64,000 bases of DNA. Source: Escherichia coli (GTDB lineage: Bacteria; Pseudomonadota; Gammaproteobacteria; Enterobacterales; Enterobacteriaceae). How positions within the stretch are numbered: position 1 is the stretch's first letter; the number at the start of each line of letters is the position of its first letter. The stretch lies in assembly GCA_902500055.1 (NCBI GenBank), contig GCA_902500055.1_4131.1; one strand, written 5' to 3'. The notes below the pieces were generated by a model. That model did not search any database. It was not told the DNA's origin and saw only the letters and a program-made list of their open reading frames with translations. The translations under genes and the position numbers were made by a program. Of the stretch, positions 9,641 through 22,305 are shown piece after piece.

Positions 9641-9672
9641 AAAAAAGCCACTACATTGTAGTGGCTTTAATT
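9641..9672. terminator. bidirectional rho-independent terminator
   Basis: agccactac-att-gtagtggct hairpin between convergent genes, flanked by A- and T-runs. Confidence 0.7.
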
Positions 9673-9680
9673 TTATCTAA

Positions 9681-10493
9681 TTATTTGAAATTGTCACGTA
9701 GAACTTCTTCAAGTGTTTTATCTGGATTGCTAATGGCTACATTATAAATCAATTCTTTAAATGCAGTTAGTGCCTGCTCAGTTGCTTCTGGACCAAAGTT
9801 CTCACTAATGCTTTTAAACATACTTTGTGCACGTTCTGATTTGATACAACTAGTTACAAACTTGTCAATTTCATTACGAAGCTGCTTAGTTGTCATGTCA
9901 CCAATGAGCATCTCACTAATTTCTTTTGGTTCATCTGCACTTGTTCGGACATTCGTAAAACCAAACACATCATCACCTGAGCCAAAGCTACGTTTTTCTT
10001 TTTTAGTTTCTTTTACTGGTTCTTCTTCAACTTCTTGTTCGTATTCTTTAGTAAAGAGATGAGATAGTACATCATCAAGATTTTTAACCATACCGTCAAT
10101 ACGAGATTCAGCATTCTTGGATACATGTTTGAATGCTTGCTCTAGTGCTTTTTCTTGAATCTGGTCACGAACATTATTAACTACATTACGAAGTTTTTCA
10201 TTACAGTTGTCTAAAATTTCTAATACTTCACCAGTTTTGATTTTTTCCAAAAGTACATCTAAATCAGATTTTACATGTTGTTTTTGACTTACTTCACCAT
10301 TAAGAATTGAATTCAATTCTTTAGCACCTTCAACTGCTTCTTCATGTGTTTTAAATTCAACTGGTACGTCAACACCATCCAGTACAATATTAAGCACTTT
10401 ACCATCAACGTAGGCGTAGGAGTAAGATGCTTTTTTGAAAGAAATAGTTTTGAAGAAAATGTTGCTCATATTGATATACTCCTTAATGCCCAC
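9681..10493 (-). CDS. hypothetical protein
   Basis: 270 aa acidic/coiled-coil-like ORF. Confidence 0.6.
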   Translation of the reverse strand: MGIKEYINMSNIFFKTISFKKASYSYAYVDGKVLNIVLDGVDVPVEFKTHEEAVEGAKELNSILNGEVSQKQHVKSDLDVLLEKIKTGEVLEILDNCNEKLRNVVNNVRDQIQEKALEQAFKHVSKNAESRIDGMVKNLDDVLSHLFTKEYEQEVEEEPVKETKKEKRSFGSGDDVFGFTNVRTSADEPKEISEMLIGDMTTKQLRNEIDKFVTSCIKSERAQSMFKSISENFGPEATEQALTAFKELIYNVAISNPDKTLEEVLRDNFK

Positions 10494-10824
10494 TAGCTGG
10501 GAAGGTTTTAAACATATAGTGACATTGTACTAAATCATCGAACTTCAAGCCGAAGTCTTTAGTACCCATCAGTGTGTGGTAAAAATAATGCGAAATTGTA
10601 TTAGTTTCAGCGTCTTTAATATATATACCAAATTCGGTACAGCAAAACTGAACAACTTCATTATAACTTTCTAACTTGGAAATTACAAGTACTTGATCAT
10701 AAGAATTTTTATCAAATCCAATGATGTACATTTCCTCTGTTTCTGGGTGTACAATCATCCCACCGCGAGAAATAATTTTCTCGAAGTTACTGCTCAAGTA
10801 CTGAATTGTTGAACTTAAGTTCAT
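10483..10824 (-). CDS. hypothetical protein
   Basis: 113 aa ORF; C-terminal DFGLKFDDLVQ only weakly resembles the paralog-family tail. Confidence 0.5.
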   Translation of the reverse strand: MNLSSTIQYLSSNFEKIISRGGMIVHPETEEMYIIGFDKNSYDQVLVISKLESYNEVVQFCCTEFGIYIKDAETNTISHYFYHTLMGTKDFGLKFDDLVQCHYMFKTFPASGH

Positions 10825-11037
10825 TTACAACTCCTTACGTATTACTCGTCCGGTAAGATGTTCATCTGTACAGAACTTCATTATAAATGCTTTTAGATGG
10901 AAGTCTTCTAAAATTCTATATGCTTGCTTTTTCATAACGACTTCCTTCTTCTCCACATCAACAATTATATCATGTTTCTCGTGAAGTTCCTGGATCATTT
11001 GATATGAATTCAAACTTAGTACGCTCATAACCACCAA
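10825..11037 (-). CDS. hypothetical protein
   Basis: 70 aa ORF; N-terminus overlaps 10970..11344 in another frame, start may be internal. Confidence 0.4.
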   Translation of the reverse strand: MVVMSVLSLNSYQMIQELHEKHDIIVDVEKKEVVMKKQAYRILEDFHLKAFIMKFCTDEHLTGRVIRKEL

Positions 11038-11344
11038 TGTCCTCCATCTCCCACAAAATTTGAACTGCCACTTCTAATTCGTGGTGAATTTGAAAATAAC
11101 CATTACTTGCAGTATAGATGTAGCCATTTTTAGTAATTGCATAACCCCACTTTTTACTTTGAGAATGCATCTCACGTTTCAACCCATAAGGTGATGGTGG
11201 CTTCTTGACTGGTTCTGGTTCTCGGTTTTCGTTGTAAATCTCTTGTTCGATTCGCAACGCTTTATGATATGAGTATACATGAATCAGGCGACAAAGTACA
11301 ATAGTAATGCAACAAATAATTGTAAATGTTATCAAGCTCATCAA
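10970..11344 (-). CDS. hypothetical membrane protein
   Basis: 124 aa ORF with hydrophobic N-terminus. Confidence 0.4.
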   Translation of the reverse strand: MMSLITFTIICCITIVLCRLIHVYSYHKALRIEQEIYNENREPEPVKKPPSPYGLKREMHSQSKKWGYAITKNGYIYTASNGYFQIHHELEVAVQILWEMEDIGGYERTKFEFISNDPGTSRET

Positions 11345-11760
11345 TTTGCCCTCTGCCTAGATACATATTCATTAATTGCATCTTCCAAATCATACCCTGA
11401 CATTTTTACATTATCAATTGAAACATGATATTTTTTCAGCACTTTTTGTCCAGCAGTGTTCTCCCATATAGACCCATCAGGCTCAATATGAACTTTATGG
11501 TTCAGGATGAAATCGAACATTTCTTCTTTTGATAAGTTTGCTTTACGGGTTTCAATGTGATTAGTATTAAGTAATTCACGAGTATGTTTAATGCCATATT
11601 CAGTGTGCTCACCAACACTACGATGCAAAACTTTTAACTGCTCGGCAGCAGTATCTTCATCATAAACATGAATAGTTTCAGTACTATATAAAATATCCTG
11701 AATATTACCAGTACTCACTTCTGTCCATGTGTCTTTGAAATGCACTTTGATTGTTTTCAT
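11341..11760 (-). CDS. hypothetical protein
   Basis: 139 aa ORF. Confidence 0.55.
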   Translation of the reverse strand: MKTIKVHFKDTWTEVSTGNIQDILYSTETIHVYDEDTAAEQLKVLHRSVGEHTEYGIKHTRELLNTNHIETRKANLSKEEMFDFILNHKVHIEPDGSIWENTAGQKVLKKYHVSIDNVKMSGYDLEDAINEYVSRQRAN

Positions 11761-11771
11761 AAAAGCTCTTG

Positions 11772-12218
11772 TTAGTTATATGCAGTGAATAGATCAATAT
11801 TTTTATCATCTACACTGATTAATTTACCAGTTGAACTAACAAACACAATATTACCACCAGGGGTGATTTGAACACGCTGGTTTACTGAATATTGATCACT
11901 AAGGTTATAATTAGCCCATTCAACTACATAACGCTGTTCAACACCGTTAGTATCATATAGATAAACGTGTGTAACGTCACGCATTTTTAAACGGTCTAAC
12001 AGTGTAGAGTTGTCCATGAAATCCGATGGTGTATTGCTGCGTAATGCAATACCGAACTCACCGATAACAGTACTAATTGTCAGTCCGTTTGAAAAACGGC
12101 TACAAAGAGTCTTCTCATCAGCAATATGCATCCATAAAACATTCTTTACATCAATATCAACAAATTCACAGTTTTCAAAAACCAAACCTACTTTGGAAAC
12201 TTTACCATTAAATTGCAT
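11772..12218 (-). CDS. hypothetical protein
   Basis: 148 aa ORF. Confidence 0.55.
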   Translation of the reverse strand: MQFNGKVSKVGLVFENCEFVDIDVKNVLWMHIADEKTLCSRFSNGLTISTVIGEFGIALRSNTPSDFMDNSTLLDRLKMRDVTHVYLYDTNGVEQRYVVEWANYNLSDQYSVNQRVQITPGGNIVFVSSTGKLISVDDKNIDLFTAYN

Positions 12219-12663
12219 TAGTAACTCCTATTTTTTTATATTTTAAAATTAAATCACTCACGGCTTTCATTAGCTTATATGGAATAGCTAACTCTTGAAC
12301 AGTACTTTCCATAAAATGTTCTTCTTCTGTATCATAAAATGTTGAACTATAGTGTTCACAATCATCTATACTATCATAAAAAGAAGACGTAAGTTTATCA
12401 ACAATGACAGTGATTTGTTTGTCAGTTTTGGCACATCCTACCTGAACGGTTAATCCAATATCATCAGCCTCTACACGAATTATAAACGAATTATTAGTAT
12501 AGTTCAGCCAACAATCTTCACCAAAGTATACAACACTGTGTTTCTTCTGAAATGAAGTTGCGGTGTTAAGAACACCAATAACAACATCAACTGTTTTTTC
12601 ATTTAAAATATTAGACATTTTTATTCCTGCTTCGTATGTTTCGTGAAATCTCAAATATTCCAT
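12208..12663 (-). CDS. EExFQxST-motif paralog family protein
   Basis: C-proximal TEEEHFMESTVQE; start probably at internal Met near 12618. Confidence 0.55.
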   Translation of the reverse strand: MEYLRFHETYEAGIKMSNILNEKTVDVVIGVLNTATSFQKKHSVVYFGEDCWLNYTNNSFIIRVEADDIGLTVQVGCAKTDKQITVIVDKLTSSFYDSIDDCEHYSSTFYDTEEEHFMESTVQELAIPYKLMKAVSDLILKYKKIGVTNAI

Positions 12664-13039
12664 TCAACTGCTCAACAGTTAAACCCTGTAAATCGTAAAC
12701 TGTTGATAGCTGAAAGAACATCTCTGAATCTATAGTATCATGTTCAATTGGAAGACTCAAGAGGTCTTTATTAATAAAATAATCATATGTTCGAATTGTC
12801 AAAGAATCACCAAAGATATCAATGTAAAATTTCGGAACATTATGTAACGAAACATCTATTAATATGTTTTCAGCATATCTACAAGAAATTTTAGAATTAT
12901 TTTTATAAGATTGGTATGAAAAATTATAAGGTTCATCGACCAATGTGTATGATGAGGTATCACCTTCGGAAAATATTACACCACATTCAATAAGATGTGT
13001 TAACGACTTAGGTGGAATTTTTAACATTTCACTTCCCAT
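12611..13039 (-). CDS. EExFQxST-motif paralog family protein
   Basis: C-proximal DSEMFFQLSTVYDLQGLTVEQL. Confidence 0.55.
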   Translation of the reverse strand: MGSEMLKIPPKSLTHLIECGVIFSEGDTSSYTLVDEPYNFSYQSYKNNSKISCRYAENILIDVSLHNVPKFYIDIFGDSLTIRTYDYFINKDLLSLPIEHDTIDSEMFFQLSTVYDLQGLTVEQLNGIFEISRNIRSRNKNV

Positions 13040-13457
13040 CCTTACTCATATTACTACGGATCACCCCACTAAGAAAACATATTTTCCTTAATGTATCATA
13101 ACTGATATTTGTAAGATCATGTACAAAATTCAACTGCAAGTACATTTCTTCAGTTAATTGATTAAATGTATCATCAACATGAATGTTAGTATGTTCCGTT
13201 ATATCTATTTCTATATTATTTTCCCAAATATCAATGCTAACAGCATAGTCTGATGTATGTCTGGATTGAACTGAAATAAAAATATTATTACTGTTGTATA
13301 ATGTCTCTGTGTATCCATTCAAAAATGATCCAACGACAACATCAAAAATGCCATCTCTAATTGGGTTTTTTGTTTCAAACGTATCACTACAAACTTGACG
13401 GTATACAATGTCAACATACTTATCAATTAAAGTAAACAAATAACTCATTGCATTCAC
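13029..13457 (-). CDS. EExFQxST-motif paralog family protein
   Basis: C-proximal TEEMYLQLNFVHDLTNISYDTL. Confidence 0.55.
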   Translation of the reverse strand: MNAMSYLFTLIDKYVDIVYRQVCSDTFETKNPIRDGIFDVVVGSFLNGYTETLYNSNNIFISVQSRHTSDYAVSIDIWENNIEIDITEHTNIHVDDTFNQLTEEMYLQLNFVHDLTNISYDTLRKICFLSGVIRSNMSKDGK

Positions 13458-13463
13458 CTATAT

Positions 13464-13496
13464 AAGAAAAAAGGCCGATTCATCGAATCAGCCTTA
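13464..13496 (-). terminator. rho-independent terminator
   Basis: Minus strand aaggctgattc-gatg-aatcggcctt followed by TTTTT. Confidence 0.6.
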
Positions 13497-13682
13497 AGTA
13501 TAACACAGTAGAAGTTAAAAAGTCAACTTCTAAATTACAGCATCCAAGAGGAATAAAAAGATACTGTTAGAGGGTAACGAATATAATGAATTTGAGGGTA
13601 ATATCATTATACGTAAAAAAGTGATAGCTTCTATACATAAGGAGGAATCAGTACTGACTAGAAGCTATCGGGTTAAACGATT

Positions 13683-13967
13683 TCAGTACTGAGTGTTTAG
13701 TTTAGGATGAGTATTTCCATCTTCGATTTGTTTTAGAATCGAGTCACGAATTTCTACTGCCCCTTGATAACTATATTTATCTTTTGGGATCACCCATGTA
13801 TATTCGCCATCAGTGGTTTTAAAATCAATACATGGATTATCCCTGTATTCAGATGCAATGATTGCAATAACATGTAATGAATTCAATGAATGATTTGTAT
13901 AAGGATAATTGTTATTATCTCTGAACGTGAATGTTTTAAGTTCATCAGGTGCAACAATGAATTCCAT
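13683..13967 (-). CDS. hypothetical protein
   Basis: 94 aa ORF. Confidence 0.5.
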   Translation of the reverse strand: MEFIVAPDELKTFTFRDNNNYPYTNHSLNSLHVIAIIASEYRDNPCIDFKTTDGEYTWVIPKDKYSYQGAVEIRDSILKQIEDGNTHPKLNTQY

Positions 13968-14158
13968 TATTCATCCTCGTACTTCTTGAATGGTGGAACA
14001 TCTACCTTGAAGTCTTTGCACATCTTAGTTGTACGAACTTCAGTATTGTTGTGATAATTTTTCTTAAATTCATAAGAAACATAATTACGAATACCAGGTG
14101 TATGAATAATAGCAAGAACCAATGTACGACCAAACAAGCATAATAAATTCCAGAACAT
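13967..14158 (-). CDS. hypothetical small membrane protein
   Basis: 63 aa, hydrophobic N-terminus. Confidence 0.4.
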   Translation of the reverse strand: MFWNLLCLFGRTLVLAIIHTPGIRNYVSYEFKKNYHNNTEVRTTKMCKDFKVDVPPFKKYEDE

Positions 14159-14167
14159 ATGAATCTC

Positions 14168-14533
14168 CTAATTGTGGGTTTTAACCAAACGTGAGACAGC
14201 TAGTATAGCATTAACCTCATCCAATGTCAACCCACCAATGTCATTAATCATTGAGTACTGAAATAGTGATTCTTCAGTGTAATGGTAATCATGAGAAGCA
14301 ATAAAGATTGCTGGTTTAGATGCATCCAAAATTATCTTTGTCATTGTACTATATATATCAAATTGATATAATAGATTTTCACCTGTATATGCTACGTAGA
14401 TATTATTTGAATAGGCTGGATGTACCATTGTAAAACCATCATAACATAATATTTTTATGTTCGGATCGTCAAAATTGCCTGTATAAAGGTTATTACAAAC
14501 ATCTTGCATTATACGTACTATTAGACTAGTCAT
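14168..14533 (-). CDS. EExFQxST-motif paralog family protein
   Basis: C-proximal TEESLFQYSMINDIGGLTLDEV. Confidence 0.55.
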   Translation of the reverse strand: MTSLIVRIMQDVCNNLYTGNFDDPNIKILCYDGFTMVHPAYSNNIYVAYTGENLLYQFDIYSTMTKIILDASKPAIFIASHDYHYTEESLFQYSMINDIGGLTLDEVNAILAVSRLVKTHN

Positions 14534-14954
14534 TTAACGGATTTAATACCTCTTCTGGAATCAATCTTTGAACTTTAAGGATAGCACTAATGTCATCAAA
14601 TGTTAATCCTAATGTGTTGTTAACGAGGCAGTACTGGAAGAATTTTTCTTCAGTGTTTATATCATCTACATTAAATTCAATGTTTTCATCAATATAATAA
14701 TCTTCATTAAAATTATCATATTCAGAAATTCTAAATGTAACAGTGTTCAAATACATATCAATTGAATAAAACTGCTTATTAAGTTCATAAGCCATAAAAA
14801 TATTAAAACATTTACTCAAATCAGTGATTTCATTCAATTCTGGATCATAGCAAAAAACACGCACTTCACCAACGTCTTCTACTTGTACATCGTGTAGTGA
14901 CCATGTTTTATTTTGTAATACATAATCAACAAATTTTACAATGTTCATTTTCAT
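14526..14954 (-). CDS. EExFQxST-motif paralog family protein
   Basis: C-proximal TEEKFFQYCLVNNTLGLTFDDI. Confidence 0.55.
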   Translation of the reverse strand: MKMNIVKFVDYVLQNKTWSLHDVQVEDVGEVRVFCYDPELNEITDLSKCFNIFMAYELNKQFYSIDMYLNTVTFRISEYDNFNEDYYIDENIEFNVDDINTEEKFFQYCLVNNTLGLTFDDISAILKVQRLIPEEVLNPLND

Positions 14955-14970
14955 TGTGTACCTTAAAAAT

Positions 14971-15672
14971 TTATTTACGATTCCTTGCGGAGTTTTTATT
15001 TCTTGCTCTAAATGTCGGTGTCATTGAATGACAATTCGGACAAAGAATTTTTAAATTCGATAGGTCATTATTTGTTGCATCACCATCAATATGTTCAACT
15101 TCGGTAAGGACTGCACCATCAACTGGATGACGTTCATCCCATCCACAATCTTCACATGCAGTTCCACGTGTTTCATGTAGGTATCTTCTCACATAATTAC
15201 TAATTTTGCAAGTCTTACCAGTACAACCCAGTTTATCACCAGCAAGCCAAGACTTAACATAAGTGTCATATTGGTGCTGTTTATGGCATTTCGAATCACA
15301 ATATTTCTTATCTGTTTTTCCTTTAGGTATAAATGTATTACATGATAAACAGTACTGATCCTTCACCATCTCACCTGTATGTCGGTTATAACCTTTATTA
15401 TTATAACTAGCAGCACAAGATTGATTGCAAAATTTCTTTACTTCAACCCCTTTACAAAAAGGTATTGAGTTATGACACATCAAACACAACGTTGGATTTT
15501 CATTATAATATCTTTCACGAAATTCTTTATTAAGATTCGACAATGTAAATCCATACTTTAATAGTATTGTATTATAAGAAGGTAGTTCTTTACATTCATT
15601 GATATCTTTTTTGGTTATATTTGATTTTTTATTTTTGTATAGATTGTACATAATCTCTTTCATAACATCCAT
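14971..15672 (-). CDS. HNH endonuclease with Cys-rich zinc-finger region
   Basis: CEDCGW...EVEHIDGDATNNDLSNLKILCPNCH HNH motif plus several CxxC pairs. Confidence 0.75.
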   Translation of the reverse strand: MDVMKEIMYNLYKNKKSNITKKDINECKELPSYNTILLKYGFTLSNLNKEFRERYYNENPTLCLMCHNSIPFCKGVEVKKFCNQSCAASYNNKGYNRHTGEMVKDQYCLSCNTFIPKGKTDKKYCDSKCHKQHQYDTYVKSWLAGDKLGCTGKTCKISNYVRRYLHETRGTACEDCGWDERHPVDGAVLTEVEHIDGDATNNDLSNLKILCPNCHSMTPTFRARNKNSARNRK

Positions 15673-15729
15673 ATCCTATATAAGTAATATATAGTATTTA
15701 GTGCTATGAAATAGATTCGAACTTATTTG

Positions 15730-15803
15730 TGCCCCAATTCCGACTCGAACGGAAAAATCTCACGATTACAAATCGTGTGCATTACCAATTTTGCTATTGA
15801 GGC
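15730..15803 (-). tRNA. tRNA-Thr (anticodon TGT)
   Basis: Hand-folded cloverleaf: acceptor GCCTCAA/TTGGGGC, anticodon stem CACGA/TCGTG with loop TTTGTAA, T-arm TTCCG-TTCGAGT-CGGAA. Confidence 0.65.
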
Positions 15804-15977
15804 TAATTTAGGAAGTAAGATAACCAACAAGTCTCCATACTCTTTCGCATTGAGGGGAGGTCATCTTACTGTATTATTTATCATTTTTATTTTTGCTTAT
15901 TTCGACGCATTAACTTGATTAAAGCAAGTGTAGGCATAGGTTGTGCTGAACAAAGTACTTCAAGCTGTTTGGCAGTC

Positions 15978-16064
<87 letters not shown>

Positions 16065-16066
16065 TA

Positions 16067-16192
<126 letters not shown>

Positions 16193-16211
16193 GCATACTC
16201 GAAGTACCTCT

Positions 16212-16317
<106 letters not shown>

Positions 16318-16361
16318 AATTGCTTTATAAGCTACTGAATCGGGAATCACAACCTCCCCAT

Positions 16362-16616
<255 letters not shown>

Positions 16617-16625
16617 TAATACCCG

Positions 16626-17027
16626 CTAGTAGTTTAAGTCTGCGGCGTTGAATACACCAAGTGAAGTCTTACCACGTAGTTTAGGTGAAAGGACATACTT
16701 TGTCAATTTCTTTTTACCGTACCAGTGATTGAATTCGTCTTCAGTAACATGTGGGTTCTGGAAATCGTATTCACGTTTCTTATGAAGTTTTTTAGCTTGT
16801 TCTGCAATCTTAGTTCGTTGATCTTCTGGAATGTCGAATGTATTGTTACGTTTGCACCATTCGTGCACTAATGCTTCCAGAAGGAACTGTTCAGTTTCTT
16901 TGACTAGAGTGATTTTAGTCAAGCCTTTTTCGATGTTCATATAATCATCGACATATCCATTCCAAATAACAATCTCTGGATTGCCGTCAATCTCTTGAAG
17001 CATTTTGATCAAGTCATTCTTTTTCAT
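16626..17027 (-). CDS. hypothetical protein
   Basis: 133 aa; N-terminus MKKNDLIKMLQ paralogous to 16398..16613. Confidence 0.5.
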   Translation of the reverse strand: MKKNDLIKMLQEIDGNPEIVIWNGYVDDYMNIEKGLTKITLVKETEQFLLEALVHEWCKRNNTFDIPEDQRTKIAEQAKKLHKKREYDFQNPHVTEDEFNHWYGKKKLTKYVLSPKLRGKTSLGVFNAADLNY

Positions 17028-17035
17028 TTAAATTC

Positions 17036-17347
<312 letters not shown>

Positions 17348-17397
17348 TTAATTAACAGTTAATCGCACCACCTATTGTGCTACAGAGTCATAATTAT

Positions 17398-18102
17398 TTA
17401 TAAGCCATGTCTTTTCAAAAATCTAGCAAACACATTTTTGGAAGCACCATAACTTTCATATATACTAACTTTTTTCTCACCATTATTCAAACGTTGTTTG
17501 ATATCTTCTATGTTATCTTCTAAACGTTTTACGTTTGCAAATTTCTTAGATGGTATATTATTTTTGGTTCTATAATTCAGTACTGAACCTGAACTAATAT
17601 TCATTATTTTAGCAATTTCAGTATCTAATAAACCTTGGTTAATATATTCTTTTACCTTTTCATAATCAACAGATGTTTCACCACCCTTTGTATTAGAAGG
17701 AGGCTTGACCATTTTTTGTGAACACTCAACACTACAATATTTTGTATATGATTTCACTTTAGTATGCCTACGGGTAAATTCCATATTACAACAAGCACAT
17801 ACAAATGAATCATATCGTGCTTGCACACCATTCTTATGTGTTTTATAACGATGTTCATCAACATGAAGTATTTGCAAATTTGACAAATCATCATTTGTGA
17901 AATCATTATCAATGTGGTCTGCTTCTTCAGACTCAGTTAAATATCTACCTTCTTGTACTGCTAATAGATATCTGGCATATTGAGTACTGCTTCTATCAGT
18001 TGGAGAATTATAAAGTATTACAGTTCTTCTACCTTCAGGGTTTATCTGTATATACCCATTCTCCCAATCATTACTGTATGGATATTCTAATTTTATTTTC
18101 AT
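17398..18102 (-). CDS. HNH homing endonuclease
   Basis: EEADHIDNDFTNDDLSNLQILHVDEH HNH core with basic HTH-like C-terminus. Confidence 0.7.
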   Translation of the reverse strand: MKIKLEYPYSNDWENGYIQINPEGRRTVILYNSPTDRSSTQYARYLLAVQEGRYLTESEEADHIDNDFTNDDLSNLQILHVDEHRYKTHKNGVQARYDSFVCACCNMEFTRRHTKVKSYTKYCSVECSQKMVKPPSNTKGGETSVDYEKVKEYINQGLLDTEIAKIMNISSGSVLNYRTKNNIPSKKFANVKRLEDNIEDIKQRLNNGEKKVSIYESYGASKNVFARFLKRHGL

Positions 18103-18433
18103 TATTTTATTTCAAAGTTTGTGAGCCATCTGTGAGTCGAACACAGTACCTAACGATTCGTATAATCTATAGTTTTCACTATAGTACGGACTATATCATC
18201 ATCCCATAGGGATGCCGGACGCTAATGATGTATTACACAGTAAGATCGTACTGTACCATCTAGTCTCTGCACCTTCCCAATACGCTTATTGGGCTTGGCT
18301 CAGGATTGTCATCACCATTACGTGTTAAGATTTCCCTGAATTCATCCAGTTTTTCAATCACCATTACTGATGAAAGTCACCATTGTCGATGAGTCGTTTG
18401 CTCTAACCACCGTGAGCTAATGGCCCGATTTAG

Positions 18434-18686
<253 letters not shown>

Positions 18687-18695
18687 TACTGAAAA

Positions 18696-19085
<390 letters not shown>

Positions 19086-19163
19086 ATCACCAACTTTAAT
19101 TAAAAAAAATGGATGGTGACGCTTTTAAACGTCGCTGTCAATTCAGCTTTATAACCACCCGTT

Positions 19164-19373
19164 TTAACTTACCTTTCGGCTACCTTGACGTGGGGCGTAC
19201 AGGCTACTAAAAGCAACTTCTGTAAACATATTTCCACGCCTTACCCTTTTAAATAAAAGTCCATCCGGTTTTCCAGTTTGATGAAGGACTGTCACCTCTA
19301 GTTTAAACCTGCTAGTCAAGTAATAATTGCCTATCGTCCAATTATCAAACCCGTCTAGGTTAACATTCACCAC
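19164..19373 (-). CDS. hypothetical protein
   Basis: 69 aa ORF in a GC-richer, possibly non-coding stretch. Confidence 0.3.
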   Translation of the reverse strand: MVNVNLDGFDNWTIGNYYLTSRFKLEVTVLHQTGKPDGLLFKRVRRGNMFTEVAFSSLYAPRQGSRKVS

Positions 19374-19455
19374 TTCCTAGAGTACCAGAGATCTTGTTCT
19401 GGATTGCATCGACGTAACTTACACCATATACGTCTGATTGTGGAATTCATTTTAT

Positions 19456-19486
<31 letters not shown>

Positions 19487-19525
19487 ACAAATCTGGACGT
19501 TCATCTTTAAACATATTAATATCCT

Positions 19526-19543
19526 CAGTACTGAATTATTTAG

Positions 19544-19548
<5 letters not shown>
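19526..19548 (-). repeat. promoter-like repeat copy 2
   Basis: cagtactgaattatttagtcaag; minus strand TTGACT -35. Confidence 0.5.
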
Positions 19549-19956
<408 letters not shown>

Positions 19957-19968
19957 GCTTTTTTTTAA

Positions 19969-20129
<161 letters not shown>

Positions 20130-20133
<4 letters not shown>

Positions 20134-20294
20134 ATTCGTACCATTAGTTCAATTAAGTACTTTTTATATTCTGGGTCGTTGATAAGTTTATCATACAGAT
20201 GCAACTTTGAAATGAATTCCCAATGATACTTTAGCCATTTACCAATACCTGCATATCTAAAATTAATATCATTCATCCATTCTTCATGCGTCAT
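20130..20294 (-). CDS. MTHEEW small protein, subfamily A
   Basis: 54 aa MTHEEWMNDINFRYAGIGKWLKYHWEF...MVRI; stop overlaps next start in ATGA. Confidence 0.5.
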
Positions 20295-20455
20295 ATTCGT
20301 ACCATTATTTCAATAAAGAACCACGGATACACTTCATGATTTATAAGTTTATCGTATTCTGCTGGGTCTGATATAATCTCCCAATGATATTTTCGCCAAT
20401 TACCTATGCCGGAGTATCTGAACTTTAGTTCACTTAACCATTCTTCATGGGTCAT
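20291..20455 (-). CDS. MTHEEW small protein, subfamily A
   Basis: 54 aa MTHEEWLSELKFRYSGIGNWRKYHWEI...MVRI; ATGA overlap with next gene. Confidence 0.5.
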   Translation of the reverse strand: MTHEEWLSELKFRYSGIGNWRKYHWEIISDPAEYDKLINHEVYPWFFIEIMVRI

Positions 20456-20489
20456 GGTTTTCCCTTTTAATTAATGGAATATAATTGTA

Positions 20490-21032
<543 letters not shown>

Positions 21033-21046
21033 AATATTATATTTTA

Positions 21047-21118
21047 TAAAGGGCCGGAGAATCGAACTCCGATTGGATTCTTAGAAGGAATCTGTTTTAT
21101 CCGTTAAACTAGCCCCTC
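21047..21118 (-). tRNA. tRNA-Arg (anticodon TCT)
   Basis: Hand-folded: D-stem GTTT/AAAC, anticodon stem GATTC/GAATC with loop CTTCTAA, T-arm CGGAG-TTCGATT-CTCCG; acceptor needs two G-U pairs. Confidence 0.55.
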
Positions 21119-21128
21119 AGTACTAATA

Positions 21129-21157
21129 ATTATATCACATCTTTTTGTGCTGTCCCA
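21129..21157 (-). promoter_or_regulatory. extended -10 promoter candidate upstream of tRNA-Arg
   Basis: Minus strand TGTGATATAAT about 10 nt upstream of the tRNA 5' end. Confidence 0.35.
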
Positions 21158-21161
21158 TTAT

Positions 21162-21458
21162 TTATGATTCGGTTTGGGGATTAAATTTGATAAATTCATC
21201 TTTATGTTCATCTTCGATTGCAATATCTTCTACATCTTCAGGCCAGATTGTGGTGTCATCTTGGAAGAAGCGATAATTATCGAATTCTGCACTACGTGTT
21301 CTTCCCTGTTTCCAACCAATAGTGCAGTCATGATATACATCACCACTACGTGTACGAATACTAATTGAGTCTTGTGTTTCATAAAGAACATCAATGCGTG
21401 TGTCACGACTTGTGTTGAATTTTTCAAAATGCATAATATTATCCTCATTTAGAACCAA
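21162..21458 (-). CDS. hypothetical protein
   Basis: 98 aa ORF. Confidence 0.5.
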   Translation of the reverse strand: MVLNEDNIMHFEKFNTSRDTRIDVLYETQDSISIRTRSGDVYHDCTIGWKQGRTRSAEFDNYRFFQDDTTIWPEDVEDIAIEDEHKDEFIKFNPQTES

Positions 21459-21528
21459 TGATAATCATTATATAATGAATTAATCATTTATGCAAGTGCT
21501 TTAGATACACTAACGCAATTTTCTATAT

Positions 21529-21708
21529 TCATTGTTTGATTGTTTTTCTAAATGCCAGTTCGCATATAAACCAGGGTTTTCTGGTATCCAAAACATATGA
21601 CCTGAAAAGATTTTCATCTCTTAAGATGTCATAGTGTACCTGACGAATACCATTCCCAAAGAAATCATGTTCTTTATGTTGTTTGGACATCCATTCTTTG
21701 TGTGTCAT
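21529..21708 (-). CDS. MTHEEW small protein, subfamily B
   Basis: 59 aa MTHKEWMSKQHKEHDFFGNGIRQVHYDILRDENLFRSYVLDTRKPWFICELAFRKTIKQ; below ORF-track cut-off. Confidence 0.5.
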   Translation of the reverse strand: MTHKEWMSKQHKEHDFFGNGIRQVHYDILRDENLFRSYVLDTRKPWFICELAFRKTIKQ

Positions 21709-21709
21709 T

Positions 21710-22045
<336 letters not shown>

Positions 22046-22050
22046 TCTTA

Positions 22051-22245
22051 CTATTTTTTATCTCTAATAGCAAGCTCGTAGATGAACCAGTGGTTGGAAT
22101 CTTCGTCCAAAACCAATGATTCGAACGTTTTTTTATCGTTCAAAATATCATAATGGCCTTGGCGTATACCAAATCCAAAATGATCATGTTTATATTTTAG
22201 TGACTCTATCCATTCTTCATGTGTCATTTTATGTATCCAGTTCAA
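22051..22245 (-). CDS. MTHEEW small protein, subfamily B
   Basis: Contains MTHEEWIESLKYKHDHFGFGIRQGHYDILNDKKTFESLVLDE...WFIYELAIRDKK; likely starts at the internal MTHEEW Met. Confidence 0.5.
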   Translation of the reverse strand: MNWIHKMTHEEWIESLKYKHDHFGFGIRQGHYDILNDKKTFESLVLDEDSNHWFIYELAIRDKK

Positions 22246-22305
22246 TTAAGTGTTTCATTTATTCTTCTGTAAAGAAAGCATTGCAATGGACAATGGAAAA
22301 GGTTA

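Noticed and set aside
18135-18230. Sixth tRNA using the T-arm at 18146..18162
   Set aside because: No complementary 5' acceptor strand could be found within 75-95 nt; kept only as a tRNA-like remnant in the findings.
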